Assembly (NCBI RefSeq): GCF_964355755.1
Contig: NC_092675.1
Coordinates: 25,826,912-25,890,911, forward strand
From: Antedon mediterranea
Lineage: Eukaryota; Animalia; Echinodermata
Direction of reading: 5' to 3'
DNA: 64,000 nt
Part shown: in pieces, positions 1-14,266 of the stretch
Position numbering within the stretch: the first letter of the stretch is position 1
Layout: each line of letters begins with the position of its first letter
Translations under genes and position numbers: made by a program
Notes under the pieces: generated by a model
What the model was told of the DNA's origin: nothing
Databases searched by the model: none
What the model saw: only the letters and a program-made list of their open reading frames with translations

Positions 1-498
1 TTAAAACTTTAATTCTGTGTTAAGAAAGTGAATACAATGAGACAAATAGGCCTACAATTAGGCCTATTATCGATTTTTTTTATATTTTATCGATATATCA
101 ATATTGATTGCTTGGTGCTCGTGTAGCCTAATCATTTTCTTTTGATGCTGCCTTCAAAATGCAAAACACGAAGAGGATGTTTATGTTATATTTTCAGAAG
201 TCATATTCATATAAATATAATAAGTTACATATAGGAACCGGCCAAAAAACAATACACCAATGCACTAAGCAAATTATCGACATAATAGAGTGTTCAAATT
301 AAAAATGCTTTTAATGTTTACGTTTCATAACATTTATCAACAGTCTAGTCATTTATTAACAGTCTAGTTCAAATTAATAGTTGATACTGATAGTGCAAAA
401 GTAAGATCAGGGAATGAAGGATGAAAAATGAAATTGAAGTAGGTGAGCCTAACAAATAATAAATCTACAATTTGTAAAAAAATAATAATAAACTTTAC

Positions 499-601
499 CT
501 TTTGCGCGACAGTCAAATACATTGTCTTTATCTTCAGATCCAGCATCTAACGACCAACAGTGAAAAGTTGAATCACCCAAATTATGCCATCCATAACCTC
601 T
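499..601 (-). CDS. Internal coding exon RGYGWHNLGDSTFHCWSLDAGSEDKDNVFDCRAK(G); probable exon 2 of the signal-peptide gene, which continues beyond the left edge
   Basis: Acceptor TTTTTTCTTATTTATTTAG and donor AAG|GTAAAG. Only the phase-0 frame is open across the whole exon, matching the phase-0 end of exon 21817-21761. Confidence 0.55.
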
Positions 602-645
602 CTAAATAAATAAGAAAAAAACCATTTAGAGCATACGATTATTAA

Positions 646-1795
646 AGACCCATTCCCTACAATTTGTGACTTTTTTTCACGCCGCTGCTCTAGCCAGCTA
701 GGTCCCATGAGGACTACTCATTTATAAGCTAAAGCAAGCAGCAGTTATAGGCCTAGTATCTAAGACCGGCAGTTTTGCGACTTTGTAAACTCGACTATAA
801 TTTATAGTCACTTGTATCACCGTGAAGTCACGTTGTCTCTAGAGGGTATTCAGTTGCATGCCTATAGGCTGACGTCACACACACAGCACATTAAAGTTCA
901 AAATTGACCATTTTTAAATGGGCATGTGATTTTTAAAGAACTATCTTTGATTTGTATGTATTTTTTCCGATTAAAGAACATCTTTTTAATAATTAATCAT
1001 AAATATATCTGAAGAAAGAACAATGATTAATTTTAAAATTTCGAGCAGCGTTTATTGTAAGAAATATTTCTTGTTTAATAATGCATAAGAAGGTCTGGGT
1101 TCGAGTCTCGGTTGGGGCGACTTTTTCTCATTCTCACAGAATTTCTTATCTTATCGTTTCAAATTAATTAATTAAATTTCAGTATATCACCGGGCGGTTT
1201 AGAGTTAATGTTCTTTGCCTGTTGTGTTTATTATAATATACTTTAAAAGCATTAAACCAGGTCATTCCTGGTCTTAAATATGTACGTTTTATGGTAAATT
1301 ATGATAAAAAGAGAGAAACAATGCACTACCTAAGTACCTCGCGGTGAATGTCCTCTCGTGGACGGTCTTTAGGCCTAGCCTAGCTCGGCTTGGTTTTGCA
1401 GGCCTATAGCTGGTAAACATCGGTACGGTAACGTACAAACATCGTACACTAGCTAATAGGCCTAGCCTAACTTTGCATAGTTGCTGTATTAATTGTCTTT
1501 CTATTTTTTTCAGAATCCGTTGATTGGTGAAAACCCGGCATTTTCATCCATTTGTTTTGGCCTTACGATCGATCGAAAAGTGAGTGATAGCTTACAGAAG
1601 AAAATATCAATCCGCGCCCAATGCATGTTGGGATTTATAGTGGGCCGCTTAAATGATTAGAATCGACTTATTTTTCACATTTTTAAGCGTTTAAAGACGA
1701 AAAAAGTTATCTCAATACCACCATATAGTATTTATTTTTATATTAAATGTAGTTTGTGACCTTGAATTAGATCTAAAAAACGAGTGAATGAGACT
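646..1795. mobile_element. Non-autonomous TIR DNA transposon, Kolobok-like (TTAA target)
   Basis: Left TTAA|AGACCCATTC and right GAATGAGACT|TTAA form imperfect TIRs with TTAA on both sides and RR...YY termini. A tRNA B-box-like GGTTCGAGTC fragment lies inside at ~1098. Confidence 0.55.
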
Positions 1796-3747
1796 TTAAA
1801 TGAAAATTATGAAAATTGTTATGATATTGATAACCGGCGCAACAAGTGGAATTAGGACAAACAAAAATACTACAAATGATGATGAAATGATGTTGTTAAG
1901 ATTTGTCTCCACTGTCACATTTTATGTGACAATATAATGTGATATGCCCATGGACATGACGATGTCATATTTAAGTATATCACCACCATATTTGGGGACA
2001 TCATACTTATGTGTAGGCCTATACACAGCTTTAAACGACTATGTAATGCTGTTAGCCTTGCTTTATAGGTATAGGACTAACATACAATTCTCTTATTCCT
2101 ATTAAAATTCTGATTTGAAAAATATGAAATTAGCAGGTCACATAATTGATAATAATTTAAATAGACAAATAGTACGACTCGCTATAAAATAATGAGACCA
2201 ATAACACGTGTGTACTATGTTTGTTCAACTGTGTAATTGTCTAACAGTAAATATCAAAATGAGACTGGATTCTAATAATTGCCATGAGTATTCGCTAGAG
2301 AAACAGAAATTCATGCTTAATACAAATATGTCAATGTACGCAATAGATAAACCATTACATGCAGTGACATGTGGTTTATTGTGGATAAAGGCTCTTTAAT
2401 GGTTTGTACGGTATTTTTTGCTAACATATTTTAGTATTTATTTAACCGTAACCAAACCGTAACGTAACTTTGGAACGCGAGTTTAAACGTTTTTAAACGC
2501 TGGTATCACTGAGTTTCCACAAGAGTTCCATTTAGCGGTGTTGTTCCTGACGAATTTATCAATTAATAACGTAAATAAAAACAAGTAAAATATAATAACA
2601 GTGATTTATTTTATTATCCTTTATTAGGAAGTAAATTAATTTTTATAAGAAATTACATCGAAATTTACCATGAAGCCAAAACATGCCAAAACCAACGACT
2701 AAACGTCTCAGACGAAAGGCGCTAGAATTAATTTCTCTATTGAAAACCAAGTCCATTATAATCAATTTAAATCTTACAATTCTAAGGAAGGTAAAGCCTT
2801 TATAACATTCCTCTTATTATGATATTATTGGTGAAATTCTGTGAATATCATCCGTATAGTTTACATTAATTTAAAGATATAATGTAAATTCCAACATCAG
2901 CAATTATTGAAATGGATGGAAATTATGCGTAATGTACATATAGCCAACTGCGTTGTTATAGCTTATTCTCACAATCTTCGGGAGATTTAGACGTATGTAA
3001 TAAACAGTGCATGATCTCGTTAAAAAGCCATTTCTATGTCTTTATTTTCGTTTTCGTATGAAAGTAGGGATGCCGTGGCGGTTATTTTCATTCTTTCACG
3101 CGTTACTGGAATTTATCTGATGTAAACGCACACTAGCGTTGTAACTCATTAACCCTTTTGGATATTTTCCGACACGTTAAAGGGAACACGCTGCATTAAG
3201 GTGTGCGTTCATACGCGACTGCTTATTTTATTACTGATATTAAACAAAGAGACTCACGAAGTCTCTTTTAAGAAATTCATAAATGAAAAGTCATTTATAT
3301 TATCTACTATCAAAAGTATTTTGCTAAAATTCAGTACATCGACAAATATTATGTATAGAGCAGATATTTTCGATCTATGCATATTACAATAATTTGTTTG
3401 AATGTAATTATTAATGATTATTGTTCAAGGCGCATAGTGATGACAAATAAATATTATGATTCATAAATTTAAATTATCACAATATTATATTAATAAAGAA
3501 GACAGAAAGAGAAACGGTGTGTTCATATGAAAGGATTTCCACAATTCAATAAAATCAATACATAACTTGTGATAATAAATACAATTTTTTTATTCCTAAT
3601 AATTATTAATGTCTCGCACGTCTCATAATGATTTGGATATTGATTTTTTTTTTAAATAAAAAATAACAATATTGAGCAAAATAGGTTTGGATGATTCGTT
3701 AACGACTGGTATGTATATCATTATATGTATCAGAGAATAGACCGTAA

Positions 3748-4416
3748 TGCGTGGTTTCCACTTGAGATGCAACGCAGCCACGTAACGCAACGCATTTTAC
3801 CAATCTCTCATATCATAGCCTATTTCACCCATTGCTGTGTGAAGGCCTCCTCCAGCTGTTTCCATTTAGTTCTGTTTCTTGCCGATCTTTCCCATGTTGC
3901 CGTTTCCATGTACGTTGGTATGTCGTCACGCCATCTTCTTTTTTGCCGTCCTCTTCTTCTTCTCCCTGTCCTCGGCTGCCATTCATTCAATCTCTTCGTC
4001 CACCTGTTGTCGTCTCTTCTGGCTATGTGTCCTGCCCATCTCCATTTCAATTCTTCGATCTTTACCACGATGTCTTTGACTTTTGTTCTTTTCCGTTTCT
4101 TATTATGCTTTACTCTGTCTGTATTGATAGATTTACCATTTTTCTTTCCATCGCTCTTTATGTTGTTATCAATTTTTGTTCCATCTCTTTCGTTGTTGCC
4201 CATGTCTCTGCCCCATATACTATAGTTGTTAGAACACATTGATTGTACACCCTACTTCTTAGTGACATGGGGATGTCTTGGTCGGTCAGGATATGCTTGT
4301 GCATCCCGAAGCTTCTCCATCACAAGCGATGAATTATTCGAACTGTCACTTGTGGTTGGTCAACTCGCTTGCGTTGTGTCTACGTCCTTGCGTTGCGTCC
4401 TAGTGGGAACCAAGCT
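3748..4416. mobile_element. MITE family A (PIF/Harbinger-like, TIR AGC(G/T)TGGTTCCCACTAG), split by the RTE insertion
   Basis: Halves 3748-3805 and 4318-4416 rejoin to match the copy at 14091-14266; TAA flanks both ends. Confidence 0.75.
3806..4317 (-). mobile_element. 5'-truncated RTE-clade LINE (C-terminal end of the ORF), inserted into a MITE
   Basis: ORF 3820..4239 contains KWRWAGHIARRDDNRWTKRLNEWQPRTGRRRRGRQKRRWRDDI...W..LEEAFTQQW, the typical post-RT C-terminus of RTE/RTE-X elements. It is frameshifted upstream. Confidence 0.88.
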
Positions 4417-6386
4417 TAACCCGACGATTATTATATTAACTAAAGGATCCTCGTTTAAATGTATCACATTGTTGATAGCAAAAATTATTTGACAAACAGA
4501 AATAAAATTCGTCAACAAAATAAATGAGTAACACCAGATTCCCAGTGCTTTATCTTCACATACTCTAGATACATGTGAAGCACATGTGATGTTGTATTAC
4601 CAAATATTCCAGATACTTCGGAAATAGATACCGTACAGTACCGAGAATCGGCTGTGAATAATAGTAATTAAAAAAAACGGGGATTTAAACACTGAACATG
4701 CTGAAACAGGGTTTATACGCATGCGTGCTTTATTTATGATTAATTCTGGAGCAATAATATTCACATATTTTTGTTTCCGGATTTATATGATGCCCTTATG
4801 ACGCAAAAACACATTTTCTGAAAATATTGGTTGAAAAAGATCAATGCTCTGTTGTTTACTCACACAAGGCAATGACTTTTGGGTTACCTGATACAATTGA
4901 GTATCAAGCATTAAGTAACAAAGGAGGTTTAATCAAGTAGTGTTTAATTTGTTGATGTAAGTTAAGATCATATAGCGGCTCATATGGCACCAGAAAGCGG
5001 TTATGTTAAGTGACCTAAGTGTAACATTATCATAATCTTGCCCTGTACAATGTATTGATCCATACTATTGTCCAGTGTCCGAACATGACAGTAGGGGATA
5101 GAATATCTGGCCATATACTTAAATCAGATTTATTGAAATTTCCATTCGGTAATTTTTGTTTCACTTAATATCCCAAACCGGGTTGAATATAAAGAATATA
5201 CACTGCTTAACTTCTCACCCGAAAGATGGTGAGATATAAGAGTATATTTTAATTTACCATTAATATTAAAATCAACACATGGACCAAACGAAATAATTTT
5301 TGGTATGGTGCTGTCCCTTTGTTAAGAGTTACGGTAACTGATCATCGCAGATCAGATGACGTGCCCAAACTTTTTCCTTTTCATTCCACCCCATCAAGAT
5401 GAATATCATGTTGGATTGCTTTCTTATAACTCGGAATTAACAATGTATCGATAAAACCACACTCTGATTTTCTAAGACAAAAAGTAGGTTCCCTTTACAT
5501 TGTGAATCTTTATGTCAATTGGAATCAGAAGTGCCAATTTAGTCGACACAGAAAAGTACAGTTAACGGCGATATCATGTTATTGCAGTTAAAAAAAACTT
5601 TATATAATCTAAAACTAAATACACACGCCTAGGGTATGTTTGCTCAAGGTATGTGCTGTTTATGGTTCACTTGGTAACAAAAACGAAGTACTTTGGTATA
5701 ATTGTGGGTGAATAACATAAAACTCGAAACGTATATAAAATATAAAACTGTCGTAAACAAGACTGAAACTGAAACCACCATGGTACTGAATCTGTTTTAC
5801 TGCAGTGTATAAGAATTACAGTGTTGTGTTATGAACGACAGGGCGTTTGTGCCTGCTTTATTTGTTCTGAAACGTAAACATATATGCCTCAACAAACATT
5901 GAACTTAAAGAAAAATATGAAAATACATCTAGCTTACAGAAGGACCCGGTGAGACATTTCAATAACAATTACACATAATACCAGCATTATTAGAGTTGTG
6001 CGGGAATTGTATCTACTTTACGAGCATTTATAATGATATTTTGTTTAATTGAAAACTAATGTCAACAAAGACTTTGCTGCCGATTCATCTACATCTAATT
6101 GTGATTCTTGTTGTATACTTAACCGATCAATACTTATTTGAATTTAAAGGAGAACTTAAGCAACTGCGCCCAGGGCTTACGTCAATTTGTCCCGACAGAT
6201 GCTCAAGTGTAGCTACATAAGACAACAGGCAATCGAATAATTAGAACATGGCTCAGGGAGATAGGAAGCTAGGTAGGGGATTGACAGAAAGCTTTTGAAA
6301 AAAAGGAAACGTCATTTGAATTAAAACAGAAAGAATGGTATTGATCAAAAGTAGTTTACAGTTAACAAAGTCAGTCACACGACCCA

Positions 6387-6500
6387 TTTTAGTCGCGTAC
6401 AACGCGATTCTACAGCTCACTATGTCGGTCGGTTGGTCGGTCGGTTGATCGGTAAACACTAACTTGAGCACGCGACTGCAGCCATGTATATGGCCTTGTT
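6387..6500 (+). mobile_element. DINE-1/HINE-like (non-autonomous Helentron-type) short element, copy 1
   Basis: TTTTAGTCGCGT..ACGCGATT 5' inverted repeat, (GTCG/GTTG)n microsatellite, 3' subterminal GCACGCGACT, stem-loop GCCAT..ATGGC, T-rich flanks. Confidence 0.7.
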
Positions 6501-6973
6501 TTTTAGCATTGGAATTTCAGTTGTATTGTCCTAAAATTCGAATCCGAAATTAATACACGTTACATAATAAGGGGTATGTGACGAATCATCTGTAGGGCCT
6601 ATTATGATCTATCATGTGTAGGCCTATGTGTCGAAGTATAAAGAGATTAACAATGGTTAAAATGACATTTTCCTTAAATTAGAAACCCTAGTATTACGGG
6701 GACCTTCCGGATCTAATAAGGTTCCCCTTAATATGGTGTTTTCTTAAATTGGGTTTGGCTGTTGACATATATTGCACCTCGTTTAATTCACGGAAAATGT
6801 CTCCCAATAAGGGTTCCCTAGACTATATAGGTTTTCCCAAAGATGTGGAGTCTGCTGTACTGCATAATCACATGTTTCATATACGATTTAATTACGGTAA
6901 CCTCTTAAGTACATATAACAATTGTCTCATTTTAATGATGTATTCCAACACTTAATTAGCGTTAGCATTAGCT

Positions 6974-7206
6974 GTTCAAAGTGCCTTTTCGTGGTCAGCT
7001 TCTGTTCTCTGGAACGCCCTTACAAATTATATCAGGAATGCTGAATCACTCACCACATTCAAACACCTCCTGAAATCCCATCTTTTTAATTTGCATTTTC
7101 TTTAGTTTTTGCTCTTTTTTTCTGTTGATTGTTCAGCGCTTAGAGGCGTCCTGCATTTTGCGCTATAGTAAATTGAACATTATTATAATATAATTATATT
7201 ATTATT
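6974..7206 (+). mobile_element. L2-clade LINE 3' end
   Basis: Translates SAFSWSASVLWNALTNYIRNAESLTTFKHLLKSHLF (L2-type ORF2 C-terminus), then an AGCGC...GCGCT 3' stem and a (TTA)n tail. Confidence 0.75.
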
Positions 7207-9518
7207 GCTACAACGTAGTAGTTACCATAATCATGCACTCTAAGTAGTTTATTGAGTAGATGTGTTCATAAAGTAAATAATTAAATATAAGGCCAACACT
7301 TTTATTATTTATTTATGTCTTAAGAGGGTAAGCTAATTTTACATCGTGTTTAGGATTGACATATCAGTGTGAATGAAGGCTGTTAGAACTTTTTTACGAA
7401 ATCTTCCTTTATATAAATCAATATTCTTCAAGTTTCCTTATGGTTATGAGTAGCGTTTTGAACGGTGAGTAATAATAAGGTCTCCATATACATATATATG
7501 CACAAAATATGTTTTTATTTTAGTGGTTTGCACACGAATCCATCTAATATACAGTGGAATCTCTATTAGGGGAAAAGTAAAGTATCTCCTTTAGAGGTGT
7601 ACCCAAAAAAGTGGTTGACCATCCCCGGTCGTTTCACTGTTGAATGGGGATGATGTACTGTACAATAATCAATACATACTTTCTTATGGTAATGGTATAG
7701 AGTAAACTTGCAGTGCAGATAATTTATATTCAATAACAATTGTTACCTTTGCCGTTTCCAATTTTGTCAACTTTATATACATAGTCGAACTACAGTATTA
7801 AAATAAGTGAAATTCCTTCTTCTTATCTTATCGATAAAACGAACATATTAAAATGTGTGTGAAACACATGCCTAATCAATTTCAAGTTAGATATATCTTT
7901 GGGTTAAGTGTAAACTTATAGAAGTTAGAGTTCGGGACTTGTCCCTAATCAGACTAATTAGGAGAGCTGTCTAACGACACAGCGCTATCGTAAAGGCATG
8001 TAACCATGCTGCGCCGCACCAGTCAAACATAACCAGCGCATAATTACAATAAAATGTAAAGAATGGAGATACGCCACATTACCTTACACTTGGCGATAAC
8101 ACTATTTGCTTAATTTGAAAATAAAATGAAGTATGGAGATCGTACAGCTGAGATGCGACAGCATGTTAAACGCCATCAGAAAATCGGTTTGAATGATTAG
8201 TGCATTACAATTGATATATGCAACTGAACCGTTCATTAAAATATATATTTTTCAACAGATTACACGCGGAACAATTACATGACGTTAAGTATAGGTATTT
8301 GACCTAAGCAATGCACAATAGTTCTTTTTAACAATAGTGAATATGCCAAAAATGTTTGATAAATCAAAGCTTTCTTGAAAAACAACCCATAAGCACGTCA
8401 TTATGAATTTTTACACGAAGTACGTTGAAATACCAAACTATGATACAAATTAAAAATAGAAATATTAGATATGTTTGACAGTAGCGTTTATGCAGACCTA
8501 ATTATATAAACCATTATGACTAAATCGTTTTAGAAAAATAAAACTGTCAGACCGAATCTTTATCCACAAATTGATGTACAGATAATATACAGAAAGACAT
8601 TACACACTTGACATAAACATTCAGGGGTGTATGTGAGAGGGAAGGATTATTACCTCTTTATTTGACACTTACTACAACCTCTTTCCGGACATGGACGTCG
8701 TACCATGAAAACCAATCCATTTGGCGTCAAATCACAAGAAGTGACATATCTTTATCGTTAGATTTTGTTCTCGATTGAAAAGAATAGCATTTTAAACTAC
8801 ACAGTGGTATAGAAATGTGTAATACTGAAGGTTTCAGAATATGTTAATTTTCAAAATATTAGCTTACGTGATAACACAATTACAGCTTCTAATATTGCAT
8901 AAGAATTGAAGGCAAGATGATAATATTTTTAAAAGCCCTGGATTGAAATTAGAACGCGATGAAGTGGTTTATGTTAATTTGCATAAAGATGGTCGCTTAG
9001 AATTTAAAATCAATACTTCTTAAAATTAAGAGTTTTTACTTCAAAAATATTGGACTTCAAACGGCTTCCTAAACAGCCGGTAGACCTACAACGTATATCG
9101 TCAATAGCAGAGAAATATATGATTCACTACAGGTCCCCGACGGCAAACTTGGAGTAATAATATTATGCATTCATTACATTATTTCTACCTATAAATCTGT
9201 ATCTTCATGTTTACGCTAAAAAAAATATCAGAAAGGGAAGCAGAATATTACAATTTCTGCAAACAGATTACGTACCGCTGTACACAAGTTCTCTTCATTT
9301 CCATCGGCGCCGTGTTATAAACTGTACTAGATTTTGAAAGTAATGAACAGAGAAATATAACAAACCATAAAAACGGGAAAAATATTTCATCTATTCCGTG
9401 GTTACGATCGTTGCTAAGCCAGCGCACTGCGGAAATAGCTCAGGCTATTCAGTTCTGAACACATTCACTCTAATATTTTTTATTACAATAAAGGAGGGGT
9501 TAACCACAGTAGATGAAA

Positions 9519-9635
9519 AACAATGCCATATACATGGCTGCAGTCGCGTGCTCAAATTAGTGTTTACCGATGAACCGACAGACAGTCAGACCGACCGACC
9601 AACCAACCGACATAGATGAGCTGTAGCGACTAAAA
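9519..9635 (-). mobile_element. DINE-1/HINE-like element, copy 2
   Basis: Reverse-complement match to 6387-6500. Confidence 0.7.
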
Positions 9636-11686
9636 ACTTAACGCTACCATCTAATAATCTCTCAATATGTGAAAAAAAGATCCAAACGACCATCCCAGTT
9701 TACGAACCAATGTTTTCTGATTGGAAAGCTGCAGCACTAACCAACCGGACAAACAGTGACGAAGAAGAAGCTACAGCGTTACAGGAGAGAGGCATGCAGT
9801 ATCCCGTGGGATGAATGTTACTGTCAGAAGACTTGATACGGGATGATGCCTATTAATATCATTATGATACCACGGCTCGTGAAATTGTGGTATAATTGTT
9901 CTTTACATTGACTTCCAATAGGAATTCAATTGATTCTACGTAACGATGGCACATGAATTAACATATTAAGACCATAAACTTTATAGACCGTGATGGAGCT
10001 GTCTAATCATGACAACTGTCATTCGCAAATGAGAACATTAATGAATCGAACATTAAATATATCATTGCAATTACAATTCAAATGATAGCATCTAAGCTTA
10101 CTGACCCTTATTAAATTCACCATCGTGGAAAACTGAACTATTGAATCGGATTACCCTCTAAAGGAGTCGTATTCAAATTATTTTTGTACATTGCAGTATA
10201 ATTTAAAAAGTATACCTGGAGGATATATTTTTCTCGAAATCATAAACGAAGAAGATTAAGATGAACAAAACAAATGTTTAATTATAACGGTAACTTTCGT
10301 AGAAAAAAAGCACGAACAAAATTATACAATCAAACGGCTAAATTCAACTAAAAACTCATTGTCTTACAAGTTGACTTTTTTTTTGCTTTAATTACAGATT
10401 TTTCAGGTAAATCGGATTTTTTCGATCCAAATGTTGGTCAAAGTTAAAAACTATATTTTTGTTCACGGGGACAATGATATAATTAAGTTTTAAATAATTA
10501 ATTCATGGTTGTACTGTACATACAACTGTCTTACAATTACATGCAGTACACCGAACTTTAACTTTATCATACAACAATACCATGAGTATGACGTGTTTCT
10601 TTTCAATGTATATGGTATTTCATGAAAATCGTATTTCTTCCTATTTTAGGGCAATAATGCAATAGAAAATTTCCCCATAAAAAAAAAAACACATAAATTA
10701 AACTTGCTCATAAGTGACAATTTATATTGCTGTTAATTGAAATATATGTAGGCTAAAACGACTCAAATAAAATCAAATATATTTTAATTCCCTCTCCTTA
10801 AAAAAAGTAATAGGCCTATACTAAATAAATAGAATAGGCAAATGGTAGAAAGTGGAGGAATTTCAAATCCTCAGGTTAACAAAATAATTCAATAGATTGT
10901 TCCAGATACATTTGTGTCAAAATAGTCATTTTAATTTGGTATTGTTTTATATATTAATTAATAAGATACTCACTGAGATCGTTATCTCCTTGAAGACGGG
11001 ACATTACATCTAGATCAAATACGATGAAATTTTGTCATCTGAAAATACATCTTGATTTGTGTAAAATGGAGTGGTTTAATTTGGTAGTGATAGGTTAAAA
11101 TATTCAGAATTAGTAGCTAACATATTTAAAACATAGCTAATATTCTTTACTTATTATAATAATTTAAGTTATAATATGATAATTGTAGGTTGATTAATTA
11201 GGCCTACAATGGAATTCGTGATTTTGTTAAACTATTTTTTTGTCTCACAAGCAGTGGTATTTCTTATAATACGTGATGCATCCAAAATCCATATATGCGT
11301 GCTAGTAAGGTACGATAAACATACTGTTAATTGCTGTAGATACGACACCTATCATCATTCGAGATAAGTGTAATGGCTGGTTACCCACACTACATTTAAA
11401 TGCTTTTGATGATGAGGCACATCTTAAGAATATAAATATTATAATAAGTAAACATTAGACCTTAGAAACTGCCTGCGTAGTCGTCGTCGCAAAGAAGTCA
11501 AAGTAAATACACCAACGACAAGTCTAGGCTACTATTTAACACAGTAGTTAACAAACAGCAAGCAAGGTAAATAATCGTAAACCTGTGCTTCTGAATAATA
11601 GTTAGCCAATTATCTAATGCTACATGACATTTTGGAAACGCAAACGTTTCATTTCTTAATGGCGCACCTAAAGAAAAATCCCTGAG

Positions 11687-12063
11687 GTGACTATTGAAAA
11701 ACACGTTCAATAGAAACAAATGACTGACATAAACATCCATCTACCTCAACAATATAAACATTATAATTTACACAAAAAGTTTTTGAAAACATCATTAAAA
11801 GTAATAGAAAATAACATAAAACCTATGCAATATTCTTGAGTGAGAGAAGGAAATAAAATACTGTACATGATAACATAATTTTAGTTTAGTCAAACAAGAT
11901 GGAGAAGGTGACTATTGAAAAACACGTTTACTAGAAACGAATTACAATTGTAAGAACATAAACATCAATCTAACTCATTAAAAGTAATAGAAAATAACAA
12001 ATATAATATGATAACATAATTTTAGTTTGGGCATGGAGAATGGTTTGGGCAAACAAGATGGAG
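11687..12063. repeat. Local diverged direct duplication (11687-11903 / 11908-12063)
   Basis: Shared blocks GGTGACTATTGAAAAACACGTT, CATTAAAAGTAATAGAAAATAACA, ATGATAACATAATTTTAGTTT and CAAACAAGATGGAG in the same order. Confidence 0.8.
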
Positions 12064-12332
12064 GCCGAAACTCCTCTATGAAAAGCAATTAAAGAGGTAA
12101 AAGGTAGTTCTATTGAACCGTTCCTATACTGGGGCATTTCCTCTATAAGAATCTCTTCCATTTGGACATCTTCTTTCCTATTTTGGATTTATCTCCTACA
12201 ATTTGGGCCTTTCTTACATTTGGTCCTTTCCTACATTTGGACCTGCCTTCTCTTTGAATGTCACACTTATTTGGAAATCTTCGTTAAATACTTGGCTCTA
12301 TATCTCTGTCATTGTTGACATTTCCATGTTGA

Positions 12333-12451
12333 AACAAGGCTATATACATGGGTGCAGTCGCGTGCGCAAATTTAAGTTAGTGTTTACCTACCGACCGACC
12401 AACTGACCGACATAGTGAGCTATTATAGAGTCGCGTTGCACGTGACTAAAA
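12333..12451 (-). mobile_element. DINE-1/HINE-like element, copy 3
   Basis: Reverse-complement match to 6387-6500, including AGTCGCGTTGCACGTGACTAAAA. Confidence 0.7.
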
Positions 12452-12486
12452 AAGCATAAACAATATGTTTCCAGCTGGAAACACAT

Positions 12487-12597
<111 letters not shown>

Positions 12598-13191
12598 GCC
12601 TAATCATTAATGTTTTGTTATTATGTACCGAACGTATAAATTAAGAACAACTATACCTCGATGTACATAATATATTGACATTGATATAATCACAACAGAA
12701 TGCTAATAAAAATATCGCACAGATATTTGAATAAATATTTTACACTGGCGCGCCAAATTTATATAAAATGTCCAGACTGTGATATACCTTAGGGAATCTA
12801 TAAGTACAGTAGAAATCAGCTTACAGTGCGACTTATGGTATTGAAGCTTAAACCTTCAAATAGAAGTTCATGAATATATAGCAGGCAAGGGAGGTAAATA
12901 CTATCGATTTGGCACTGTTTCATTGGAATTATAAACAGGAATTTAAAAACAATAAGTGCATGGTAATCAATCTATTTTGCATACATGTGCGCGAGTGGAA
13001 ATAATCTCAAAATAACAAACGAATAGCACACAATGTTAAGTAAACCAGATGAGGTACTTACTGTATTCTTTACTACAGAGTACTTTCAACAACTTATTTA
13101 AACATATAGTAGTCAGAACAATTGTTCTCTATATACTGTAACAATTATAACTGTATAATTAAACCAAGAACTTAGAGTAGGCCTTATAATG

Positions 13192-13313
13192 AACAAGGCC
13201 ATAAACATGGCTGCAATTGCGTGTGCAAATTTGAGTTAGTGTTTACCGACCGACCAACCAACGAAACCGACAAACCCACCGACATAGTGAGCAGTAGAGT
13301 CGCGTTTTCACGT
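13192..13313 (-). mobile_element. DINE-1/HINE-like element, copy 4
   Basis: Reverse-complement match to 6387-6500; one end degraded. Confidence 0.65.
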
Positions 13314-14090
13314 TTGCTATCAATATTTTAACAAATGGTAAAGTAATTGATTGATTTAAGTATATGTCATATAGAATAGGGTGCTACTCTTTTTTGAAAA
13401 ATAACACAATCTAGCTACCCCACCTCCACCACCACTTCATCAATCTAGTGAGAATGTTATTAACATAACTACGTGCATTATATCATCGCCAGTTAATTGA
13501 CATCTTACCTCTAACAAAACTCAATATTTAAAGCAAAATGCATTTAACGTCTTCTTCATTCTAATGGCGTTTGTTTAATAACAATGACATACAAATACCA
13601 CATTTGTCTAGTTAACAAGTGACCGATATTGGCGATCCTGAAATTAGGTTATATTGACATGTATTGTATATCTTAGATGTATTCTTCATATTTACGTACG
13701 TAGTTTCATTATTAGCATAATACAAGTATCCGTAATTAAAGCCAAAGACAAAAGTCTGTCTCAGCAGTGTTTTTTGTTCATCTCGAATACGTAATAAACA
13801 CCTGTCTCGTTGAAGAATCATCAACAAGAGAGAACATTAGGAATAGTCTGTCACTTCTTATATTGTTATTAGTTGAATTCTTTGTCAGAAATTATAGGCA
13901 AATAATGCGTACAGCTATAGCCATGAAAATGAAGCACAGGGAAATCATTCTGATTATTTACGGAATATGTAATCTTATGTTATTATTTCTCACCTCACCT
14001 CACAATGAATACAAACACTTAGGATACACCCTGCTTTTAAATTTATTTGACTACATTTCTAATAGTACACACATAATATCTTCCTCTAAA

Positions 14091-14266
14091 AGCGTGGTTC
14101 CTAGCGACGCAACACAAGGACGTAACGCAACGCAAGTGAATTGACCAATCACAAGCGATGGCTTATTCGCTTGTGATTACTAACTGTATATAACTTCGCT
14201 TGTCATTGGTTAAAACGCTTGCGTTGCGTTTACGTCCTTGCGTTACGTTCTAGTGGGAACCAAGCT
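14091..14266. mobile_element. MITE family A, near full-length palindromic copy
   Basis: AGCGTGGTTCC...CAAGGACGTAACGCAACGCAAG versus CTTGCGTTGCGTTTACGTCCTTG...GGAACCAAGCT. Confidence 0.8.

Noticed and set aside
3725-4242. Plus-strand ORFs of 166, 136 and 66 aa
   Set aside because: Antisense shadows of the RTE LINE fragment on the minus strand.
13767-14144. 125-aa plus-strand ORF, and similar 60-110 aa ORFs such as 27844-28173
   Set aside because: Low-complexity AT-rich translations with no domain similarity or splice-phase support; the first runs into a MITE.
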